This document shows positions 1-10,796 of a DNA stretch of 50,533 bases, piece after piece. The stretch spans positions 1 through 50,533 of the forward strand of contig JAVEBF010000022.1 in the NCBI GenBank assembly GCA_051941275.1, read 5' to 3'. The position numbers and the translations under genes were made by a program. The notes beneath the pieces are model-generated. The model was not told the origin of the DNA, did not search any database, and was given only the letters and a program-made list of their open reading frames with translations. The stretch is from Dirinaria sp. TL-2023a (taxonomy: Eukaryota). Numbering within the stretch: the first letter of the stretch is position 1; every line of letters begins with the position of its first letter.

Positions 1-346
1 TTGGCGCTGCCGGGACTTTTACCATTGGGAAACCTATCTAACCAAGATTGGGTCTTTGACAAGAATGAGTTTGAATATCTTTAACGTCTTCTATTTCAAG
101 CTCATTAAGAACGATCGAATATTGAAATATTCTGATTCGCAACTCAGGACGAACATGAAAGGCAAAGTTACCACCAAATTGCAGGACGTTCTAACTACTA
201 GAGGCTTCAAGTTCACTCCATTGGCGAAGATGAAGGAATTTTTACAGATCGTTGACACTAAACAACGCAACCTAGTGTACAACAGAGCGAAAATCGATCG
301 ACGACAATCGTCGCGCACTGTGTCAGGATCGGTGCAGAAGATATGA
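1..346 (+). pseudogene. Fragment of an LTR-retrotransposon gag-like ORF
   Basis: The translation FNVFYFKLIKNDRILKYSDSQLRTNMKGKVTTKLQDVL...MKEFLQIVDTKQR resembles fungal Ty3/gypsy gag-like proteins from memory. It runs directly into decayed repeat sequence and LTRs. Confidence 0.4.
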
Positions 347-1074
347 TCTATGTAGATGCTATCAACTAAATATACAAAGTATGAAGAAGAAAAGAAATCT
401 ATGAACTAGAATCACATTTAATATAAATGTGTAAACGTTAAACTCTGATCGATCGAATCGATTATCACTTCGAATGCGCTAGCTTCGATCAGATCAAAAC
501 TCAACATCACACACAAAAATCTTGTAAAAAATGACTCGAGTAACAACAGTGAGAATCAGACTCGTAACAAGTGAGAAAAAAAAGAAAGAAGTGTGTGAAA
601 AAAAAGAGACGTTCGAGTTTTTGTAATCAAAAGAAAGTATTGTTTTATGATAATGTTGCTTCATTTGTTGTAACACGATTGATTCGAATAACACGACTGC
701 GAAAACTTTAACGATTGTGTCTGAAAATGTCGTTAGAGATCGCGTTGTCTGATGCAAGCATCGACATGTCGTTCGCTGTTTTGATCAAATCGCGAGAGTG
801 TTAAAATCTTTTGAAGCAGACTCATTATTCGTTCATGTACTGAGTATCTCGAATCGCTCTTAAAGCAGACTTATTATGTTCAACTTTTTACGTTTTCGAC
901 GATAAACGAGTGAAATCGTTCTTTCGTTGCACTGTATTCAAAACTGCTTTTAAAACAGACTCACTATTCGTTCGTTTACTTTGTATCTCGAATTTTCTTT
1001 TTCGTGTGATCATCTTTTCGTAGAATTTCTCAAGCTCTTTCGTGTGACGATGTCTGTTCGAAAATAACTTTTTC

Positions 1075-1288
1075 TGTTACAAGCATGCATCTGATATACT
1101 ATCTGAGACAACATCTCTCAGAGTTCTCAGAGGTAATGCGCTAACTCGATCGGGATACGCGACACCCGCACGCGTATATATCTGAGACCCCCATTGTATC
1201 TAGCTTCTCTTCTTCTTCTTTCCTTCCTTAGTGATAATATCCTTAGTTAATCATACCTGCATTGACCTGCTCTGCACCGGTTCTAACA
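1075..1288 (+). mobile_element. LTR-like unit (214 bp)
   Basis: Begins TGTTACAA and ends TTCTAACA (7/8 inverted termini, TG...CA). Contains a TATATA and a pyrimidine tract, and its composition differs from the flanks. No clean TSD. Confidence 0.55.
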
Positions 1289-1664
1289 GAATAATGAAAA
1301 TTTCGTTCTCGTTTCGTCTCTTTTTGTCTCGTAACTCAGATCGTGCATCGTCATAATAAAACGCGTCAAGTCTTCGTGCATCATCACGTTAAAATGCGTT
1401 TAGTTCTCGAAATTCAGTCATGTTATCAGATCGTGCATCATCACGTTAAAATGCGCTCAGTTTTCGAAATCTCAGTCATATCTCGAATTTTGTCTCGATC
1501 TCATCTTTCGTCTAGTCTTCGCCGCGACAGTCTATCATTTGATATGATCGATTGATTCGTTATCTCTGCCTCGCTCAATTCTCGTTCTGCCTCGTTTAGT
1601 CTTCGTCTCGTCTCACCTGATACTATAGCTTCGCAGAAGCTCAGTCTTCAAGAGAAGGAGCTAC

Positions 1665-1893
1665 TGTCATGATGCTAAGTTGCACAGTCCTTTAGTCAAG
1701 CTTGTCAAGCCTTCTACGGGTCGCGTATGCGACTATAGGGGTTGCTAATGTTATATTTCAGGGCAACCTCGTTCCCCTTCTTCTTTCCTTGTCTTTCGTC
1801 TTGTATAGTACTCAGTACATAGATCTAAGTCCACCTAGTAATAAAACCTCGTTAACCTCTATCTATGGATAGATCCCGGCTCAGCCCTTGACA
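1665..1893 (+). mobile_element. 3' LTR of an LTR retrotransposon (229 bp) with upstream polypurine tract
   Basis: TGTCA...TGACA termini, immediately preceded by the purine tract AAGAGAAGGAG (1650-1660) plus CTAC. Contains TTATATT and AATAAAA. Confidence 0.7.
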
Positions 1894-1904
1894 GATTAGC
1901 TCAG

Positions 1905-2100
1905 GGACCTAACCCTGAAAATCGAGTCTTTAACCCTGGAAATCAGGGTCTTAACCCCAGAAAACTGAATAACCCTAGGTTAGTGGGTGCGCATTGACAA
2001 TTTGGTGGGTGCGCAAACCTCTTGCCTATATAAAAGTCAACTCGAAATACGAGTCGAGTCAAGGCTTTCGAATCGAGTATCGACTCGACGGTCAGGCTAA
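1905..2100. repeat. Subterminal repeat arrays, probable DNA-transposon end(s)
   Basis: Four TAACCC-core units at ~20 bp spacing, GTGGGTGCGCA twice, and clustered TCGAGT/ACTCGA motifs ending at ...GTCAGGCTA. Confidence 0.35.
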
Positions 2101-2326
2101 TTAGTCTCACTCTCTATGATCAAGTATCTATGATTAGATCTCTTTGATATCTTATTTAATTCTGCTCGCTTCATTCTTCAAGTGCTCTATTTCAGATCTT
2201 ATCTCACTTCTCTGTTCTCTTTCTTCGACAACTCATTTGCGTCAACGTCGGGTACAACTACGGATCGCAGGTACAAATAAGGGATCCCTATTTTTATTCT
2301 ATTTGCTATCATGAGGATGTTGAATA

Positions 2327-3230
2327 CTATTCTTTTTCGCACCACCCACAACTAATGTTGGTCAGTGACAAACCACTCTGCTGCACAATTATCTCAGCTA
2401 CCCGAGGCACAGCGCGGCAATAGCTAATATGCGCTGGATACGGCGGTTTTGACCCATTGTGCTGACAATAGCCGTCGCCATCAAAGCATATTTCGATCGC
2501 AACTGTGTGGATGCCGCCCAACGACGTGCCCCTATCTGGGTCGCCGAACAGAGCGACTGATTTTACGAATGATGTTAGGTCTTGAGAAACGTAGGTTGGA
2601 TAGGTGGAAATGTTTCTGGCGGCGTTGTGGACGAGCTTTAAGTGTTGTTAGTCAGGGTTTCAATTCCTGATAGAGCATTGCCCCAATCACTGGCGGAGAC
2701 CGAAGCAGATGAACAAGAGATCCTTCGTTCTTCTCTGAATTCGTATCGCCGGGAAATTTCCAAGAACTTACCATAGCGCCCTGACTGTACCCACTCACCA
2801 CCAAATATGTCCCCGGACAGCGCCTTTTCGCCACTGAGATCGCTTCTGCCAACCACCTACTCCCCGACACGCTCCCCACCCCATGTAGCGCTTCATATAG
2901 TATTGCTGGATAATTGTTGACACCCTGGACCGTCACCTGATCGGGGCCCAGCAAGGCTTTCAGAGCCCGTGCCAGGGCGGGTCCGACGCGGGTGCCCATG
3001 TTGCCGATCTCCTGGGAACCCCGTGCGAAGAGGAGGGTTAGGGGTCGGCATTGTTTCTGTACCAGTAAGTCGTTGGAGATAGAGTTGAGGGAGCGGCCGG
3101 AGTGGCACGGTGATTTAAGAGCGAGTGGTTGGGGGTGGGGACTTATGTTGGGGGAAGGAGGTGGCGGCGATGCGGATTGAGAGATGGAAAGGGTGACGAG
3201 GTAGAGGATGGAGGCCAATGAGAGTCGCAT
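2327..3230 (-). CDS. Secreted cutinase (CE5 alpha/beta hydrolase), 2 exons
   Basis: Signal peptide MRLSLASILYLVTLSISQS. Motifs FARGSQE.GNMG, nucleophile GYSQG, VALFGDP, CFDGDGYC (catalytic Asp) and PAHISY (His). Intron 2771-2636 (GTAAGT...ACTAAC...TAAAG) restores the frame. Confidence 0.93.
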
Positions 3231-4146
3231 GCCGCATGGATTACGAATTGTTTAAGTACCAAAGGGGGATTGCAGTGTGAGAATGGAGATAAAGGAACAA
3301 CAGGTAAAACTGATTCTTGACTCGGATGGAATCATGGATGATGTTCGACCACTTTTGGCAACAACCAGGTATCCTCCGAAATGCTTGAGTTGGTAACCTG
3401 TTATGACGCATTCGAGAGGACGCTGAATGACGGATCGAAGAGCTCATTATCGAAGAGCCGCCAGCCCGTTCGCTCGTTTCACTGATGGGTTAGTATGAAG
3501 CATCCTGAGGTATTCGACAGATAACAGTTTCATTTGTTGGTTCATTGACTGGCAGTTCCTAGAAATCCAGGATAGTGGATCACTGATAGTTCAAAAGATG
3601 TCCGCAAAGTCTGTGCATGAAGTTCAGCAGCCACTGGCAAAAATACGTGAAAGACGAGAAAACTTGGAAAGTTCCTCATTTAATTGGATGGCGGCTGTCG
3701 CTTAAAATTATTGCCCCTAGGTTGTTGAAGACCACACAAGCATCAATGCGCGCTGGAAGCGACCGAGGCCTTGCTTCCAATCAAGAACCCCGATGTTAGC
3801 TCAAGTCGGATCGCTAGAAGCAAGCCTGTTGCTGAGAATCAATACGATGCCTGGAAATTGCCTGTACTATCAGATGACGAGATCGAGCAGACACCGAAGC
3901 GCTCGGCCGATGATTTATCTCCACGACTACGAGCTGCAGTCGATGACTACTGGATTGGTGGTTCAGGGAGACTGTGGCCCTTTGGCCGATATCAAGATCT
4001 TTTTCTTCTCTTGACATCCAACCCGAGGGACCCCTGAGTGTTCGGCTAATGTTTCGATGCGAAAACCACTGAGAGAATAATAGACTCGTGCGTGTACGGA
4101 CAGATCCCCAAACATTTTTGGGTGGCGACAAACTCAATCGCAATAC

Positions 4147-6089
4147 TCACATCCTCTTCTCACTTTCAAGCTGCCACTCCCTCCGAACTCCAATTCCGTG
4201 TCCAGGCATATCGCCAGTATTGCCAGCATCATGAACGTCGATCTGCGCACTCGAACCCAGTTGACCTGGCTTTTCCCCATGAAACCGCGGGTCCAGCCCC
4301 ATTGCCGCTGCCCCTTTGTCACCGACCGATTCATGTCGATCCTTGTCAGCACCGCTGATGTCTTTACTAACATGATTGTTGCTTTCAAACGCTGGCACCG
4401 GCGGAGCAAGATCTCTCTTCTCGTACTCGTTGAATGCTTGCGCTTCAGCATCAAAGGGGTCACTCTTTACGGAGCTCGTGGGTTTCTTCACTGAGTCGCC
4501 TTCACTGGCTCGTTGGTAGGGGTGCAATTCGGTGTTAGAGCTCGATATCCCATTAGGGGACACCCCAGTGAATTTGGCAAGTCGGTCCGAGTTACGCGCA
4601 GAAAGCCGTGAGGAGAGGGCACGGTAGCCACGCGAGATGAGAGGATTCAATGTTACAAGGCAAGGACAAAGTAGAGCAAGATAGACTTCCGTGACCGTCC
4701 AGAAAGTTTCGGGCCCCGCTGAGTCTGCAAAGGATTGTGAGCATAAAGGGACAAGGAAAAGAAGGTAGCTTCGGGATGGCGATGAAACGTACAATCTAGG
4801 TCATTATTGTCGTAGACAAATGAATGGTAAAATCGCATACAGCTGGCCACCAGATTCAGGCAACCAAGACCGAATACAAAGGTTAGGCCTATCTTTGGCA
4901 ATTTCGTGGTTTTTAGCATCCAAACAACCGTCAAAGGCAGCACCAACATGATCAGATCCGTTATGACGTTGAAAGCGCAGTTGGCTGTGACGAGCATCCT
5001 CCAGTCGATGATGTGCGTTGGGGTGATGGACTTATCCCATGTCGCTGCTACTGGGGTAGCTGAGAAGGCATCCACGAATACTGTGGAGATGGAGTAGCCA
5101 GCGTAGCAGAAAATGAGGAACCAGCAAGACCAGCGGAACCATTCTTTGATGAAGACACGCTTGTAGAGCAGGACGAGAGAGATGCGACACATAGGAAAGG
5201 CGGTGGTGTAGAAGAGGTTATTAGCATAACCAGTCTATAGGATGAATATCCATTAGTAGATCCCAAGCAAATATTATTTGAGCGTGGAGTGCTTGACCAT
5301 TTCAAAGCAGACCCCGGCTACGATCACCAGTGACAGACAACTTCGCTCAAGTAAAGAGAACCAATCGAAAAGACAATTCTGCACTCACAGAAATTTGTCA
5401 GTTAGGAGATGGGAAGAGTAACAATTCGCCAAAGTCTCAGCGAGCTGTGAGGCTCTCTATAATCTGACGACTCAACTAGACAAACACAAATTACCTGGCC
5501 GACATCGATACTTGTGCAAAGTTTCTTACTGATGAGGAAATGACCGCAAAAGACAATAAAGCTGCCACCATCACGGGTACAGAACGACAATAAGATTTTC
5601 ACATGACTTTTAGAGATGAAAGCACGATTTAATGCAAACAAGAAAGCCTTTGGCTACGTGGAACAGTATTAGAGAAAGGAAGAAGAAAAAAAGGCCGCTC
5701 ACCTTTTGGCGTATCTTAGTGTCATAGGCAGAAATCGCAAGTGTATGGTGTCCAAACCCATGCGCTAGCTCCTGTAGGGTAGTTGTGGTGTAGCCGACGA
5801 CAAGAACCTACAGAAATTGACCATGGCAATCAGCATAATCCAGATTTACGGAGTCTGTGTAGGCGTTGTAGCGCCACTTGCAAATATTCAGACTCACAGC
5901 AGCGGCAAGGAGTGTGTAGTCGTCAGCCTGTAATGGAACTTTCTGCAGTCTCCTCGTCCATATGCGCAATAGTGCTGCAGTCTCACATATGACAAAGCCA
6001 ACTATCAAGAGCTCTGCGAGACCGCCGGTGGAAGTCTCATTTGGGTGAGACTTCTGATAGTCGATCTCATCCTGTGGTATGGTCGACAT
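4147..6089 (-). CDS. PTH11-like integral membrane protein (fungal rhodopsin-domain family, no CFEM)
   Basis: Motifs LRIWTRR...ADDYTLL, GFGHH, CRISLVLLYKRVF, NVITDLIMLVLPL..VW.L, FGLG...ASCMR and WTVTEVYLALLCPCL. GT-AG introns near 5897-5808, 5702-5236 and ~4790-4722. Confidence 0.88.
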
Positions 6090-8277
6090 AGCGAGAAGCT
6101 ATTGAGACAAAAATTACGATAAAGACGTAGACAGCGTAGTCAACGTAATACAGTCGGCTGGGTCTATTCAATTGTGGAAAACCTTGCGTAAAGCCTGGAA
6201 GGAAATGGGATCGATATGCCCTTGACGTGGGAAAAGTCTTCAATTTGAATAACCCCTCATCCGGGTCGCGATGGAACACTACCTACCCTGGCTAATGTAG
6301 ACAGTACCAGAGTGGGTTGGGAACCGTCATGCCCACAATCGCTGGCGATTGCGAATGTTGTCGAGCCGGCCAAAGAGGCTACTTAACGTTTTCGGTGTAC
6401 CTGCATAGTTTTCTTGCTAAACTTCCCTGATCGTCGAAGTCTTTACTGCATACAGACTGGCTGGCCGCTAATGACTGATGTATGGAAGTATGTCTTCCCC
6501 TAAGTCGGGCCCACGACGCGCGATTGCGGAATCGTTTGACATCGGAGAAGCGCAATGACTGTCGATCCGTTTCGAGTCAAAAACCCTACTCTTTTCACAA
6601 AGATATGCTTAGCATGGGCCAGTTTTAGTTTGCGTATTTCTATGATAAGGTAGACAGCGTTCCCCCCTGCGTCCCGCTGGTATATCATAACAGCACTATC
6701 TAAGGTACCCCACCAACTAGGTATTTTAGTTGACCTGCATTACACTCACCCAATCTTTTACCAATACCCATCCTCTGCAATGTCGTCATCGCTATCTTAT
6801 GTAAAAGCATAAGGTAATGAGTTGACTTCAGGCTTCCTCGTCTCACCTTTCTCATCGCGCTCTCAGTAGCGCGAGCATCAGTGCAATCTTCTGTTCGTGG
6901 CTTCTATTTCTGCTTCAATCAACGCCCGATTGACGGTTGAATCAAGCGTGAACATGATGATATAGAGAGGTCAATTATGATCAGATGTCGGACAGAAAAA
7001 ACCAACAAATACAGCAATAATCATTCACCAAAAGAGGGGCCCTCTTTTGGTGCAATGTGCAAGATATTTGCTGTCTTACATCAGACTACACAATTTCTTC
7101 ATCAGACGCTGAGGAGGTGGTTTGGGTGAACAATGACAAGGTCATCTGGTGGAGTGTCATGAAGGGCAGGATATTCTGCGAGGTAACGTGGCGTAGATGG
7201 TACTTGTACGAGTACCACCTGCATACAAGGGGGACGTTCTCCCGGTTTACTATAAGCATAACCCTAGCCCTTACTAAACATTTCATGCTCCTACCTACTC
7301 ACTAGGTAGTCTGGGATTGAAGGCTTGAGCTGGGGATTGTGAATGTGATTCGTGTGATTCACAATAAGTTTTGACCGGCAACGAAGACTAATAGATGAAC
7401 TGTTTTGAAATTCAGTAGGCGCCACCTCAACCGCCAGAAACCCTAGATTTTGCGTAGTCGCTGACAAACCACGACGACGCCGTTCGCGATCAGGCTGCGG
7501 CGCAGCTTTGCCTGGCTTGCTCTTAATCAAGCTGCCCCGTATCCCTTCCCAATCCGCTTATTGATTAGCCTATCGCTACTGTACTTGTATACGGTAGTGT
7601 ATGGCCTTGCAATTCCTGGCGTCTTTCCTTACGGGTTTTTGGGTTGACGCGAGCGACCCGCTTCCTCCCCCATTATTATTATCGCATTCGCTCCCCATGC
7701 GACTACCTAGGGGGTGCGCCGGTTACTAGAATTCAATAAACATCATTATTCGGCATTATTCCCCATCTCCAGACTCCAGCGCCCAATATGACTTCCAACC
7801 CACATGATGTCAAAAGCGTTCGATCCTGGAGGTTCTGACCCTAGGCTAAGCCGTTGCTAATTGCTGCCATTCCGTAGCGCCCACGAGCGGAGATTTACGC
7901 CATCTGGTGGCGCACACCGTAGACAGTGGTTTCGAACACGGACAGAAGTTGACACTAACCGCCGCCGGTAGGTACCTGTAACGCCAGAGCGACCTTTCGC
8001 CCTCGTTGTTTTCGCTCATCAAGCAGATCGGCGCGCCGAATGCGCTCTCCACTTTCTGTATTCGCGGCCAGCATAAGTCAGCAATCAAATCGAGGTGATC
8101 TATGTTTGGTTATGAGCTTCCATTGTGGCTTCATCCGTCCTATTTGATCATATACCTCCGAGGACTTAAAGCCGCCGGAGCAACCCAATAGCTCTCAAGC
8201 CCGCTAGCTCACGTTGACCCGCGAGGATGAGATTCGAGACTTTCGTCCCTGCTTTCCACGTCTGGTGTTCATTGACC

Positions 8278-9127
8278 TTACGAAACTTCCGCCCATTCCT
8301 CCAGGGCATCAAACAGCTTCCCCCATAGTCCCTCATGCCACCCTCTCAGCTCCTCCCACTCCGGCAAACAATTCCGCATCATCTGCAACCACCCGCCAAC
8401 AATTAAGTCCGCATACATTGGCGTGCGCCCCTCCAGGAAAGGACCCTCGTCCCGGCGCACGAACCACGCTGCCAGCCCGCTTCCCAGGGCTGCCTCGAAT
8501 GCGGCAAGCATCTCCTTCCGCTTTTGGCTCCCCTGCGGAATCTCCAGATCTTCCCACCGCGACACACCCATACGGTGCGCCATATCGGCTTGTGAGATCT
8601 CGGCGGTTGCCGGATCGAGAGGCATGTAATACCCCGCGAGCTGTACGCCATTGAGGTAGAAAAGCGTATCGACGTGCGCGTTGAAGGTACGGTGAAGCGC
8701 GAGGCTGTTTGGTGGAAAGAGCAGTGGGCGTCTTCCTTCGGGGGAGGAGTGCCTGTTATGTAAGTGTATGGCAATGTCGAACGAGTCGCCGACGAAGGTA
8801 CCCTCCTGCTGCATCATGGAGGTGGTGGTCGCGTCGTGTAGGATGGGGAGTGTTAGGAAATCAGTGCCATCCGGGTGCTTACGGCTGGCAGGGACGCCGA
8901 GTTTCTTGCGCGTTGCGGCGACGTCCGGCAATGGGACCCAAGTGGTAGAATGGGGGGTATTGGTGAAGTTAAGGGCATAGCTGTGGCTGGCATTAATTGC
9001 AAGACGAGGCAATGAGGAGGGAAGATTTTGTTATGTACCGCGCTTTCCACGGGTTGGGAGCGAAGGGCCGGATGGGGGGCCCTGAGGCGATGTCGTATAG
9101 TGTCATGATTGATTTCTGGGCGTCCAT
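8278..9127 (-). CDS. Glutathione S-transferase-like protein, 2 exons
   Basis: TLYDIASGPPIRPFAPNPWKAR|YALNF...WVPLPDV...TLPIL.D...VGDSFDIA and PFLEGRTPMYADLIVGGWL. Intron 9038-8981. Confidence 0.88.
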
Positions 9128-9760
9128 TCTAGTGGTGAAAGATGGTATTTGCTGAAGGTGTCTGAGTTTGATGCTGCAGCGTCCATGGCCTTAGGAACGT
9201 CTGTTGTCTGGGGACTAAACAATAGATAAGTATAACTACCAACAGGCTGTCCTGCAGCAGGTCAGCATTAAAATGACTCATTTTCGTTCCTGCAGTATGA
9301 CCTCTGACTCGCATAACCCAATCGAGCGTCAATGACACTAATGTTGGCCAAGCATACATGCAATATGGCAGGTTTGCTCATTATCATCAACGTAAATCTG
9401 TGAGCATATGTCTTTGCGATCTTTCTATTGAAGCTAGACAGCATTCTGGAAGCTGCTTTGATTGCGTTAACGCTTTAAGCAACACTGTGTTATTACATTT
9501 AAATATATTCATCTTTTCTCAAGATACTCGACTTAGGTATTCAACAATGCATCTGTCTCGTTCATCTTCACGATTTCCGTGCTACCTCAGAGTTAGTGCC
9601 ACATGATGATGCGTGCGAAGATTTTCTCATAATATGTCTCCATTCTGCGGCTTAAAATAAAGTTGGTTGACTTCTGATGTTTTTTTCTTTTTTTTTTTTT
9701 TTTTGAAGAATACTCGGATTCACCCCCTTTCTTGGTTCACCTACTTCCTTGATAGGGTTA

Positions 9761-9940
9761 CTCGTACTCGCCTACTTTCTTGGGTCACCTACGGTACTTT
9801 CTTGGGAGGGTTAGGGTTATCTCCACCAAAATTCTTCCAACCCTACCTACCTTACTTAGGGTTATGGGGCTCTTGGTGGGATAACCCTAACCCTCCCAAG
9901 AAAGTAAAGTAGGTGACCCAAGAAAGTAGGTGAGTACGAG
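9761..9940. mobile_element. MITE with ~70 bp TIRs and TA target duplication (Tc1/mariner type)
   Basis: TA|CTCGTACTCGCCTACTTTCTTGGGTCACCTAC..TACTTTCTTGGGAGGGTTAGGGTTATC is mirrored nearly perfectly at 9880-9940, which is followed by TA. Confidence 0.85.
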
Positions 9941-10012
9941 TAGGGTCAAAATATTCACTCCATCAAAATGTCTTTCATCATCAAACAATCTGATGCTTAT
10001 GACTGTCTAATG

Positions 10013-10221
10013 TGCATCAATTTAAGAGATGACTGTGAAACATTTTTTTTCCCAAATGCTCGATCGATGTCAAATTAAGCTTGAATTGCATTATACACGT
10101 CAGATGATCATTTCGCATCTCTCGAAAAGACGATGTCTTGTCGCGATCGACAGTTTCGCAACGTAAGTTCGTATCGCAGATTCTTCAGATCGATGACATC
10201 TCTGACTCTTAAATTGATGCA
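10013..10221. mobile_element. Possible older MITE with 16-bp perfect inverted termini
   Basis: TGCATCAATTTAAGAG (10013-10028) and CTCTTAAATTGATGCA (10206-10221). The interior is CC/GG-poor. No clear TSD. Confidence 0.4.
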
Positions 10222-10796
10222 TCTGAGGAAGCAGATTATTTGACGTTGCAAAGCAAGTTCAAGCTCAAGCTCACAACTTGATTCCGCCCGGACAACACAT
10301 CATTTCAATTTTGCTGTCGTGGCCTTCTCCTCCGCTGTACACGAGTATTCTCTAATGTGAAGATGAGAGGGAGCTCCTAAACTAATGCTCCCGTACTCAA
10401 TATTTCCTTTTTGCTCGGGACAACCCTTGCTTGAGGGGGCATCTACCGCGATATGAGGGCTATTCCGTCCGAGGTCTGTATTTATTCTTCAATATCTACT
10501 TTTTTTTTGTAATCACTACATGGCCAGGTATATCACCACTATGCCCCTCCCTCAACCCCACAAAAAAAAGTCGCCGGGTCGAGGGAAGTAATGCTGATCA
10601 AGGGAGGCTTGCCTCCTACCTAGGCGCTGCCCTATAGAACGCAGATTGAAAAATCATGATAGAAATGAAAGAGAATCTATATTCCGCGCATGATACAAGT
10701 ATAGGTACAAGCTTTTATCCAAACTCCTGCACAGTTCCATCAATGCAGTCGCGGCCCGACCTAAAGCGTGCTTCTCCTCTACCTCCTGTCCGTTTG

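Larger units (their letters stand above)
333..2250. mobile_element. Nest of decayed (RIP-like mutated) transposon remnants
   Basis: AT-rich with no credible ORF. CC/GG dinucleotides are absent over long tracts. Degenerate internal repeats include CAGACTCA(T/C)TATTCGTTC near 815 and 953 (a degenerate copy near 863) and TCGTGCATCATCACGTTAAAATGCG near 1374 and 1431. Two LTR-like units are embedded. Confidence 0.8.

Noticed and set aside
800..1500. CRISPR-like repeat-spacer array
   Set aside because: Eukaryotic DNA with degenerate, irregularly spaced repeats internal to a decayed transposon, and no cas genes.
6700..8100. Possible gene between the PTH11-like and GST genes
   Set aside because: Only short, stop-interrupted frames with no family I can name.
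9807..9895. Telomere or chromosome-fusion site (TTAGGG/CCCTAA)
   Set aside because: Only about two units per side, and they are fully explained as parts of the MITE TIRs.
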